DNA of 64,000 bases, taken from positions 1,724-65,723 of the forward strand of contig JAUXAU010000002.1 in assembly GCA_030619765.1 (NCBI GenBank), given 5' to 3'. Below are positions 1 to 7,792 of this stretch, piece after piece. Under the pieces are notes generated by a model. It did no database searches. It was not told where the DNA came from and worked only from the letters and a program-made list of their open reading frames with translations. How positions within the stretch are numbered: the stretch's first letter is position 1; each line of letters starts with the position of its first letter. Position numbers and translations under genes: made by a program. This DNA is from Thermoplasmatota archaeon (GTDB taxonomy: Archaea; Thermoplasmatota; E2; DHVEG-1).

Positions 1-65
1 GTTGACACATTTGGTACCTCTACTGTTGATTCTATCGGGAAAAATCGAAAAAGAGGAAACTGAAA

Positions 66-731
66 ATGATCGGTGTTGAATGTTTTTTGTACTGTATCAC
101 AGAAGCGAGTCTGTTATATCCTTTAATGGGATTAATATCGATAACTGCTATATGTTTATTTATGTTCATATTTAAACGAAATTATGAATCATTATTGGCA
201 AGTCAATCTTCCATGACGGTCATAATCTCACTTAACCTTTTTTCTATGAATTGTGATATGTTTACATGGGTTTGGATATATCTTGGAATAATTATTATTG
301 GCACATTATTGATAGGATTGGTAAAACATTACCTTGAATTGCAACTCGACAGTAATATTATCAGATCGCCACCCTATCTTTCAAAGATCAGACAAAAGTT
401 CAAGGTCGATATTAGCGTACTTGATACACAGAAAATAAAGGCATTTACGTATAAAAATAGAATCTATCTTTCGGTTGGACTACTTGAACGACTTGAGAAT
501 GATGAGATAATGGCTGTAGTTGCGCATGAAGTATATCATTTGAATCATAGTCCGAATAAATTCCTGTCATCCCTGCTTGCACTTACTTCACTAACGTTCC
601 GCCGGTTTAATGATGAACATTATGCAGATCAATATGCTGTAAAAACTGCAGGCATTCAAAATTTGATTAATGCACTTAAGAAATTAGAAATTAGAGATTA
701 TGAAAAACGTGCTATGAAACTATCTGCGTAG
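66..731 (+). CDS. membrane Zn-metalloprotease, peptidase M48 (HtpX-like) family
   Basis: 221-aa ORF with several N-terminal hydrophobic helices. Contains KAFTYKNRIYLSVGLLERLENDEIMAVVAHEVYHL (HExxH) and downstream EHYADQYA, matching the M48 layout. Confidence 0.6.
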   Translation: MIGVECFLYCITEASLLYPLMGLISITAICLFMFIFKRNYESLLASQSSMTVIISLNLFSMNCDMFTWVWIYLGIIIIGTLLIGLVKHYLELQLDSNIIRSPPYLSKIRQKFKVDISVLDTQKIKAFTYKNRIYLSVGLLERLENDEIMAVVAHEVYHLNHSPNKFLSSLLALTSLTFRRFNDEHYADQYAVKTAGIQNLINALKKLEIRDYEKRAMKLSA

Positions 732-837
732 AGTTATATGGAAATATAGTGTGTTTTTTTACTTACATCGAAAGAAATACTAAATAACACTTATTTGTTA
801 TATTTTGAAATCCCATATTCCATAGAAGGTATAAATT

Positions 838-1848
838 ATGTTTGTAAATGATAGATATAGCAGACAGATATTGCTAAAAAACATTCAGAGTGATGGACAG
901 GAGAAACTGGAAAAAAGTCATGCAGTTGTCATTGGGTGTGGTGCACTTGGTACCACTATTGCGAATAATTTGGTGAGAAGCGGTATCGGTCATATAAAAA
1001 TTGTTGATAGAGATATAGTTGAGTTAAATAATCTTCAAAGACAAAATCTTTTTGATGAAGATGATATTGGACTCCCTAAAGCTTCAACTGCAGCAAAGAA
1101 ACTTGAAAAAATTAATTCCAATATCAAAATCGAATGTATTGTGGATGATGTAAATCATGAAAATATCGAGCATGTTATCAAAAACATGGATGTAGTTATA
1201 GATGGGACAGACAATATGCTTATTCGTTTTTTGATAAACGATGCCTGTGTAAAACATGGTATTCCTTGGGTATATGGTGGGGCCATCGAGACCTATGGGA
1301 TGACCATGAATGTTATTCCACACAAAACACCGTGTTTTAGATGTGTAATCCAGGATCTTCCAGACGCAGGGTCGTTGCCCACCTGTGATACAGTTGGAGT
1401 TCTGAATTCTATTCCAGGGATTATTGCCTGTATAGAAGGTACTGAAGCGCTAAAAATTCTTCTCAAAAAGGATATCAATAGGGATCTTTTAATGTATGAT
1501 GTGTGGAGTCATGATTTTCATAAGATAAAGATAAAAAAGAGAAAAGATTGCGAATGTTGTGTTAGGCATAACTTTGAGTTTTTGAATGCAAAAAATAAAG
1601 AAACATTAATTTCGTTATGTGGATCTGGTGCAATACAGATCACACCAGCCAAGAGTTCGAAAATTTCTTTTGAAGAATTGGCAGAAAAGTTACAGAGATT
1701 AGGTGATGTGTACATACATGAAGTCGTTCTTAGATTTAGAATTCCTGGTTATGAGTTTAATATTTTCAGGAATGGCAGAACAATTATCACAGGTACAAAT
1801 GACAAAAAAATTGCAAAATCACTTTATGCAAAATATGTTGGTATTTAA
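838..1848 (+). CDS. ThiF/MoeB/HesA-family E1-like adenylyltransferase with about 85-aa C-terminal extension
   Basis: Nucleotide-binding motif VIGCGALGTTIANNLVRSGIGHIKIVDRDIVELNNLQRQNLF. Two Cys pairs (CFRC, CECC) typical of MoeB/ThiF zinc sites. An extra C-terminal domain follows the second pair. Confidence 0.8.
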   Translation: MFVNDRYSRQILLKNIQSDGQEKLEKSHAVVIGCGALGTTIANNLVRSGIGHIKIVDRDIVELNNLQRQNLFDEDDIGLPKASTAAKKLEKINSNIKIECIVDDVNHENIEHVIKNMDVVIDGTDNMLIRFLINDACVKHGIPWVYGGAIETYGMTMNVIPHKTPCFRCVIQDLPDAGSLPTCDTVGVLNSIPGIIACIEGTEALKILLKKDINRDLLMYDVWSHDFHKIKIKKRKDCECCVRHNFEFLNAKNKETLISLCGSGAIQITPAKSSKISFEELAEKLQRLGDVYIHEVVLRFRIPGYEFNIFRNGRTIITGTNDKKIAKSLYAKYVGI

Positions 1849-1896
1849 GAATAAAGTAAAAAAGAGATGATGGATTTCAGTTAGTAGTTTGATATC

Positions 1897-2874
1897 ATGA
1901 ATGATCGTGGGACCATAAAGGCAATAGGTTTACTTTCCGGTGGATTAGATAGTACTCTAGCTGTTAAACTTATGATTGATCAAGGAGTGGATGTTACTGT
2001 TCTGAATTTTGTTACTCCCTTCTGTACTTGTACAAGGAAAGGATGTGAACATGAGGCTACTCGTGTGGCAAAGCTTTTTGGCCTTTCCCTTAAAACCATT
2101 TCTGGTGGACGAGATTATATTGATATGATAAAAAGTCCAAAATATGGATATGGTAAGAATATGAATCCCTGTATTGACTGCAGGATTTTTATGTTCCGAA
2201 AAGCAAAGCAGTTTATGGAGGGGAGTGGTGCACTTTTTATCTTTACAGGCGAGGTGCTTGGTCAAAGACCGATGTCCCAATATAAAAAGGCATTAAAGAT
2301 TATAGAAATGGAGTCAGATTTAGAGAATCTTGTGGTTAGACCTCTGTCGTCAAAACTGTTAAAGCCTACCATTCCTGAGGAGAAAGGGTGGATAGACAGA
2401 GAAAAACTATTGGCAATCCAAGGAAGAAGACGCCTTCCTCAGATGGAGCTGGCAGATAAACTAGGAATTAAAGATTATCCCTGCCCTGCTGGCGGATGTC
2501 GACTTACTGATTCTACTTTTGCTAAAAGATTGAGAGAATCGTTTGATTACAGTGAAGATTCTATTAAAGACATACAGCTTCTAAAGTATGGTCGGCATTT
2601 TAGATTAGATAATGGTACAAAAGTTGTTGTTGGTAGAAATGAAGAAGAGAATAAGATTCTACTAAGATTTTTTAGTAAAGATGATATTATGATGGAAGTC
2701 ATCGGAGTTGGTAGTCCAATAGTTTTGCTGAAAAGAAGTAGACATAAAGAAGACATTAAGAAAGCTGCAGCTCTTTGCATCCGTTATAGTGATCTGGATG
2801 ATGCAGCAGATGCAGATCTGAAAATAAAATATAGTGAAACCAATGAAGAAGTGGTAAAGTTATCCTCCTTATGA
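1897..2874 (+). CDS. PP-loop ATP pyrophosphatase, ThiI-type tRNA/sulfur-transfer enzyme (no THUMP domain)
   Basis: SGGLDS PP-loop near the N-terminus, NPCIDCR, and TGEVLGQRPMSQ resembling the ThiI TGESLGQVASQ signature. Lies 48 nt downstream of the ThiF-like gene on the same strand. Confidence 0.6.
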   Translation: MNDRGTIKAIGLLSGGLDSTLAVKLMIDQGVDVTVLNFVTPFCTCTRKGCEHEATRVAKLFGLSLKTISGGRDYIDMIKSPKYGYGKNMNPCIDCRIFMFRKAKQFMEGSGALFIFTGEVLGQRPMSQYKKALKIIEMESDLENLVVRPLSSKLLKPTIPEEKGWIDREKLLAIQGRRRLPQMELADKLGIKDYPCPAGGCRLTDSTFAKRLRESFDYSEDSIKDIQLLKYGRHFRLDNGTKVVVGRNEEENKILLRFFSKDDIMMEVIGVGSPIVLLKRSRHKEDIKKAAALCIRYSDLDDAADADLKIKYSETNEEVVKLSSL

Positions 2875-3158
2875 TTTATTTTCATTGACTATATAACACT
2901 GTTGATATCTGTAGCAAGTTGCCAACTATCTGCTATTTTTCGGCAAAACCTTATTGTTTGTTTAAGTTTTTTCACTTTAATACTTTTTAACCTTGCTCAG
3001 TCATAGTTACCAATGCCTATAGATTTTATAAAGGAATAGTTGTTATGAAATTGTAGTTTATAGGAAGAATGAACACCAGCTGCATAGTAATCAGATTGTA
3101 CGGCAGTATGGAATTTTACATCAACAATAAAGATAAGATGAAATAAACCTAACAAAAA

Positions 3159-3680
3159 ATGATGGGTACAACTATGGGAAAAACATTATCATTAAAATTG
3201 AATGATGAGGGGGAGAAAAAGATAGATCGTTTTCTCGAGGGGGAAGGGATAACTCCTAGTGAGTTGCTCCGAAAAGCATTATGGCAGTATATCAACGAGG
3301 TAAACCCTGAGGTAAACCTCCCACAACAGAAGAAAAACCATAAAAAGGTAAACCAGGTAGACCTAAAGGTAAACCTCAAACAACAGAAGAAAACCGGTCA
3401 AGAGGTAAACCATGAGGTAAACCAGGTAGACCAAAAGGTAAACCTCAAACAACAGAAGAAAACCGGCCAAGAGGTAAACCATGAGGTAAACCAGGTAAAT
3501 CACCCTGTTCAGATTGTGGAAAACTACGAGCTCCTGCGCCATTATAAAGAAGAGATCGAATGGTTACGCAACCGTGTTGAATATTTTGAAGGATTCTGTA
3601 AAGATCTTCGACAGGATATGTCTTCAAAGATAGATATCAAGGCAAAAAAGGAATCAGCAATATCACGGTTTCGAATGTAA
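3159..3680 (+). CDS. ribbon-helix-helix (CopG/Arc-like) protein with internal xVNx tandem repeats and coiled-coil tail
   Basis: N-terminus KTLSLKLNDEGEKKIDRFLEGEGITPSELLRKALWQYI fits the strand-helix-helix pattern. The middle is a 23-aa tandem repeat, KVNLKQQKKTGQEVNHEVNQVDQ. Start may be one of the internal Met codons (MMGTTMGK). Confidence 0.45.
   Translation: MMGTTMGKTLSLKLNDEGEKKIDRFLEGEGITPSELLRKALWQYINEVNPEVNLPQQKKNHKKVNQVDLKVNLKQQKKTGQEVNHEVNQVDQKVNLKQQKKTGQEVNHEVNQVNHPVQIVENYELLRHYKEEIEWLRNRVEYFEGFCKDLRQDMSSKIDIKAKKESAISRFRM
3299..3501 (+). repeat. in-frame tandem repeat (69-bp unit, 12-nt sub-period) built on the octamer GGTAAACC
   Basis: 9 exact GGTAAACC, plus 2 GGTAGACC and 1 GGTAAATC. 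The unit starting at 3365 recurs at 3434, a 69-nt period. Confidence 0.9.
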
Positions 3681-3721
3681 GTTGCACCACAATCTTGATT
3701 TTTCTTTCATGTTGAAATTAA

Positions 3722-3794
3722 CGCCGTCTGCCGGACTCGGACCGGCGACCGCTCGGTTAACAGCCGAGTGCTCTACCAACTGAGCTAAGACGGC
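3722..3794 (-). tRNA. tRNA-Asn (GTT)
   Basis: Reverse complement GCCGTCT-TA-GCTC-AGTTGGTA-GAGC-A-CTCGG-CTGTTAA-CCGAG-CGGTC-GCCGG-TCCGAGT-CCGGC-AGACGGC-G. Perfect 7/4/5/5-bp cloverleaf, anticodon GTT, no encoded CCA, no intron. Confidence 0.9.
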
Positions 3795-3894
3795 ACATCT
3801 CTGTGGCACAACAGAATTAAGGTTTTATATTAAACCTTTTTCCTTAGAAATGTTTTTCTTTCCCAAATGCCTTGTGTAATTATTTTAAGGGATT

Positions 3895-3962
3895 AAAAAA
3901 GAAAATGCGTTAGAGGGATTATTTCTGCCTGTTATGGAATTAAAAAAAGGAAAAAGAGAGAA
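3895..3962 (-). repeat. conserved 3'-flank element (copy 1), immediately downstream of the 3977..5716 gene
   Basis: The reverse complement is about 90 percent identical over about 68 nt to 45841-45912: CTCTCTTTTTC.TTTTTTAATTCCATAA.AGGCAGAAATAA.CCCTCTAACGCATTTTCTTT. Confidence 0.8.
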
Positions 3963-3976
3963 GGTTTAGTGTAGGT

Positions 3977-5716
3977 TTATAGTCCTAGCATGTGCCTGAG
4001 TATTGGGAACATATTTGGGTGATTTTCTAGGAATCTTAGGAATAACAAATTTATGTTGAATGCTTTGTTTTTTGGTGTTGAAAGAGATACATCAATGGTG
4101 CAGAAGTCACTGCTGTCATCTTTATTTACTATTTTCAATTCTCCTGTGAACTCTGAATTTGGTTCATCTGGTGCTACAACAGACACTCCAACTGTATATG
4201 CTCCATGTTCTGGGGTCAGGTCATATCCTTCTTCTGGAGTGAACGTCCAGAAACCCCAATCTGGTTTGGATTCTATCTCCCAATCGAGCAATGAGGATGT
4301 TTCACCGATATTTTTAACGACGAAGGTACCGGTTTGGGTTGATCCCGCTGGTACTTTGGTCCAGATAAGGCTACCATCACCATCTAGATTTGGGCCGTAT
4401 TGTGGTTCTAGGGGGATGTAACAAATTTTGAATACTTTATTCCGATTAAAACTAGGATAGGGGTTTATGTATTCCCAAATGATTTCTTTTTCAGGAGTTA
4501 CTTCAAAAAAGATACCATTTACTCCGTTGCAGATGAGGGTGTTACCATTCGGGAGTCGTTGGCATCCTGACATAATACTTGAATAAAAAGCTGTTGGGAT
4601 GTTGGCAGTATAGATCCATAGTGGGTTTTCTGGTCCATAGGGTAAACCAGGAGTATGCATATAGGTACCGTTTGGGGTTACGGGAGGAAGGATTTCTTCT
4701 ACTGAGGAGTATTTTCCTTCGGGGCGATCTAATCCGTTGTTAAAAATGAGGATATTGCCGGTTCCTGGGCATCCAGATTCAATCCATTGTGCATCGTGTT
4801 GTGCAAAGAATTGTTGATCCGTAGCTGTTCCAACACGGTAGGTTTGTGAATTGCCCCAGCGGTATAGGAGATCACCACCTTTACCAGAATTTCCACCGGT
4901 ATGTCCTGCTGCTTCTTCGGTAGTGGTGCTATGATCAATTACCCAAATTTCATTGAAATACCAGGAACTCAGAAGGATTTGATCCAGGTTTTCATTATAG
5001 TCAATAGAGTTTACGTGTGTCCAATCTACTGTCTGAAATGGATGTCCACCGGCAAAATTAATGTCGATTAATTCAGGATGATCAGCTACTATACCATAGT
5101 TATTTTTTGAAGGATCATAATCCTGAATGAGATGATCCCAAACATGCCATTCCCAGACAATATCTCCGTTTGTCGAACCGGTTGGCTTAACCTCGATGAT
5201 GTGATCTGGTGTTAATTTAAAAGGTGGGAGATATGGTTTATGTCCTGCAGCGATTGCCTCAGCAATTGTTTTGAAACTCCAAGCGATCATGAGGACGTTG
5301 CCGTTGGGTAGTGGTTCGATATCATGATGGCTGAGATACTCATCGGAAACGTAGGTGAATTCCCATATGATATCACCGTCCCATGTTATTTCCTGAACCA
5401 TACCGCCTGAGTTTAAATAATATTTAGCTGTTCGTAAGATGTTACCATTTTCTAGTGGATATACTGAATAGCCGGGTGGGTTACTGTTTGGCCAGGTGTG
5501 CATGATCTCCCCATCATAATTTAATAGATAGGTTGTTGTAGAGCTAAAGGGACTGAAGAGGATATTTCCATCAAAATGATTTGTGATAAAACGATATTGT
5601 TCTGCAGGTTTACTCATAGTGGAAGGTGTTAGGGATATACTGAGTAGCAATATAATCACACCATAAATTATGTAATTATGATATATTTGAGTAGTCATCG
5701 GATTTCCTCTGAACAT
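3977..5716 (-). CDS. secreted beta-propeller protein, arylsulfotransferase (ASST)-like, with shared C-terminal cassette
   Basis: N-terminal hydrophobic anchor/signal. Repeated NGN/HHD-type propeller motifs (HHDIEPLPNGNVLM, WHVWDHL, DWTHVNSIDYNE) as I recall for ASST families. The last ~135 aa are homologous to the C-terminus of the 61855 gene. Confidence 0.5.
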   Translation of the reverse strand: MFRGNPMTTQIYHNYIIYGVIILLLSISLTPSTMSKPAEQYRFITNHFDGNILFSPFSSTTTYLLNYDGEIMHTWPNSNPPGYSVYPLENGNILRTAKYYLNSGGMVQEITWDGDIIWEFTYVSDEYLSHHDIEPLPNGNVLMIAWSFKTIAEAIAAGHKPYLPPFKLTPDHIIEVKPTGSTNGDIVWEWHVWDHLIQDYDPSKNNYGIVADHPELIDINFAGGHPFQTVDWTHVNSIDYNENLDQILLSSWYFNEIWVIDHSTTTEEAAGHTGGNSGKGGDLLYRWGNSQTYRVGTATDQQFFAQHDAQWIESGCPGTGNILIFNNGLDRPEGKYSSVEEILPPVTPNGTYMHTPGLPYGPENPLWIYTANIPTAFYSSIMSGCQRLPNGNTLICNGVNGIFFEVTPEKEIIWEYINPYPSFNRNKVFKICYIPLEPQYGPNLDGDGSLIWTKVPAGSTQTGTFVVKNIGETSSLLDWEIESKPDWGFWTFTPEEGYDLTPEHGAYTVGVSVVAPDEPNSEFTGELKIVNKDDSSDFCTIDVSLSTPKNKAFNINLLFLRFLENHPNMFPILRHMLGL

Positions 5717-5806
5717 AAAATAATATGATGTATTCTATATATATAAAGCCATGATTTATAAAAGTTTCGTGTTAAAAGGGAACCGAGGTGCATTAATTTT
5801 TAGAAT

Positions 5807-6010
5807 TTAATTCATTAATATCGAAAAAAGTGAGAGAAGATAATGAAGTAGTGGAAAGTGTTCGATGAGTCTTTGAATGAAGGTGAGGGTGAGTGATCTG
5901 AAGGTTATATTGGGGTGTGATGTCGTGAGAGCGACGGGGATGAGTTCGTAGTCGCTGGGGTCGTCGGTGTTGATGACTTTGATGTTGCCGCTGAAGTCTG
6001 AACGGGGGAC
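5807..6010 (-). pseudogene. start-less remnant of the secreted-protein C-terminal cassette
   Basis: Open frame without a start codon: VPRSDFSGNIKVINTDDPSDYELIPVALTTSHPNITFRSLTLTFIQRLIEHFPLLHYLLSLFSILMN*. It aligns with EFTGE[LV]K[IV]VN..D....IPV.L.TP...F..RFL...P..FPILR..LGL of genes 3977 and 61855. Visibly more GC-rich than its flanks. Confidence 0.6.
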
Positions 6011-6016
6011 AATTTA

Positions 6017-6061
6017 ATTTAAATGTTTTCCATGATATTCTTATTGCAACATCTGTAACAA
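6017..6061 (-). promoter_or_regulatory. promoter-like repeat module (copy gamma): TTGTTACAGATGTTGCAATAA..N..TTTAAAT
   Basis: Reverse complement TTGTTACAGATGTTGCAATAAGAATATCATGGAAAACATTTAAAT matches 44439-44483 and 44799-44843, with the same 38-39 nt spacing to the TATA-like TTAAAT. Confidence 0.5.
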
Positions 6062-6186
6062 TTTGCTCCAAATTATTTTTATATTAAAACATTTTGTAGG
6101 TATATATCCAATTTTTAGGATTGTAGTAAAATTACAATTATCAGCAAAATAAATCTTTAAATACAATTCTATAATGCTCCTAAGGT

Positions 6187-6606
6187 ATGAATTATAAAAG
6201 ATTTGGAAATAAAGTTATTGTAAGAATAGATAGCGGTGAAGAGATCGTTAAAACACTAGAACAGTTATGTAAAAATCTGGACATTAAACTTGGAACAATC
6301 TCTGGAATCGGAGCAACCGATAAAGTTACAATCGGTCTTTTTGATATAAAGACAAAAACATACCATTCAACAGAATTTATCGGAGATCATGAAATTTCAC
6401 CAGTATATGGAAACATCTCGACGATGGAAGGAAAAGTATATTTACATTTGCACGCAAACCTATGTAATGCAGAACACAAGTCTTTTGGCGGTCATTTAAA
6501 TTCAGCTGTTGTGAGTGCGACGTTTGAAGCTGTAATAGATACTATAGATAGTGAAATTGATAGAGTATTTGATGGAAAAATAGGATTAAATCTCTTGAAT
6601 ATCTAA
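6187..6606 (+). CDS. PPC (DUF296) domain protein
   Basis: 139 aa. Pattern RIDSGEEIVKTLEQLCKNLDIKLGTISGIGA...GNISTMEGKVYLHLHANL resembles the PPC/DUF296 fold family. Confidence 0.5.
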   Translation: MNYKRFGNKVIVRIDSGEEIVKTLEQLCKNLDIKLGTISGIGATDKVTIGLFDIKTKTYHSTEFIGDHEISPVYGNISTMEGKVYLHLHANLCNAEHKSFGGHLNSAVVSATFEAVIDTIDSEIDRVFDGKIGLNLLNI

Positions 6607-6752
6607 AATTAACAAATTACTTCTCAAAAAATAAATATTGCCGATTTAGAAGAATTTTTTAAAAAAGGTTTAATAAGAAACTATTTATTCAATCCCCTGT
6701 GGTGAGATAAACGAAACCTAAACAAAAAAATCTTTATGTAATCTTAAGCCTG

Positions 6753-7394
6753 ATGATTTTGGGACTGTTGTTTTTAAGTGGCTGCGAAGAAACGCCCCCC
6801 AATCAGGAAAGCAATGAAAACAGAGTTTATATTAAGAATGACAATGATGATGGCAATGTCGCTATTTTAACTGATTCTATTCCGGATTTTTCGGGTTATA
6901 TTATAGGTAATAGTGATCAGCAGCTCATAGTTGGCTTATTTACTTCAGGTTTTTTACCAGATGGAGATAACCTTACCTCTAGAGGGATTTTCCGTTTTGA
7001 TATCTCAGAATGGAATGAAACGGACATAATATTTTATTTAAAATGTGTAAATATCATAGGGAATCCAGGCGAATTAAAGGTATATCTAACAGATAAATTG
7101 GAACCTCTATCCGATCAGTCTGAAATAGAAGATGTTTCAGCAATATGGAATTTGATAGAATCATCAGGTAAAGAAATAACTGAACTAACCCCACAGGTAG
7201 ATAAATGGATGAATGTAACTATTTCAAAAGGTACTGTTAATGAGATGTATTCAGGAAAAGGCTACATGACAATTATGTTAAAACTATCAGATGAGAACAT
7301 GGATTCAAACACCGATTACTATGGATTTGCATCCGTTGATTACACGCCCTCAGTGGAAAATGACCAGCCATATCTTTTTTATGTACAGGATTAA
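6753..7394 (+). CDS. predicted lipoprotein, unknown function
   Basis: Short signal ending in lipobox-like LFLSGC. No recognisable catalytic motif. Confidence 0.4.
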   Translation: MILGLLFLSGCEETPPNQESNENRVYIKNDNDDGNVAILTDSIPDFSGYIIGNSDQQLIVGLFTSGFLPDGDNLTSRGIFRFDISEWNETDIIFYLKCVNIIGNPGELKVYLTDKLEPLSDQSEIEDVSAIWNLIESSGKEITELTPQVDKWMNVTISKGTVNEMYSGKGYMTIMLKLSDENMDSNTDYYGFASVDYTPSVENDQPYLFYVQD

Positions 7395-7750
7395 ATAATT
7401 TCCTCATCTCTCGAATGCCAGGGAGGGGCAACTACACAAAGAAATTCTAACTCTCTATTTCCTATATTTTTTATAAATTGAACGGAACGAGATGGAATAT
7501 ATACTGCACAATCTTTCCCAATTTCTTTTGATTCATCATTGATATGCATAACTCCTTTTCCATTTAAGATAAAATAAATCTCCGTTGATCTCAATCTATG
7601 TGGTAAGGAAGAATCACCAGGTTTAAGTTTTGCATAGGCAATACTACAACTTAAGTGAACATTATCATTTTTTGGATGAAGAATCTCTCTCAGTGTTGTT
7701 TTATCCTTTCCAATAAATTCCTCACACTCTTTTAAATTTTTAATCAACAT
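7391..7750 (-). CDS. cupin-domain protein
   Basis: 119 aa. HRLRSTEIYFILNGKGVMHINDE...YIPSRSVQFIKNIG fits the two-motif cupin pattern. Confidence 0.6.
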   Translation of the reverse strand: MLIKNLKECEEFIGKDKTTLREILHPKNDNVHLSCSIAYAKLKPGDSSLPHRLRSTEIYFILNGKGVMHINDESKEIGKDCAVYIPSRSVQFIKNIGNRELEFLCVVAPPWHSRDEEII

Positions 7751-7792
7751 GATGTGACAAATAAACCTAGCTTAAATAATCTTAATGGTAGA

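Noticed and set aside
2875-3158. A small ubiquitin-like/ThiS-like ORF ending in GG next to the E1-like gene.
   Set aside because: All six frames give only ORFs of 25 aa or fewer, and none ends in Gly-Gly.
3299-3501. The regularly spaced GGTAAACC repeats could be a CRISPR array.
   Set aside because: The periods are 12 and 69 nt with no unique spacers of CRISPR size. The repeats are in frame within a coding sequence, and no cas genes are nearby.
3159-3976. An integrated mobile element at tRNA-Asn (and similarly at tRNA-Thr, 13901-14753).
   Set aside because: There is no integrase or recombinase, and I found no direct repeat of the tRNA 3' end in the window. Only the RHH repeat protein is suggestive.
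5793-6071. The 92-aa track ORF on the minus strand as a real gene.
   Set aside because: It gives a low-complexity His/Arg/Pro/Thr-rich translation. A different frame of the same DNA gives a clear homologue of the secreted-protein C-terminal cassette. The track ORF start also lies inside the promoter-like repeat.
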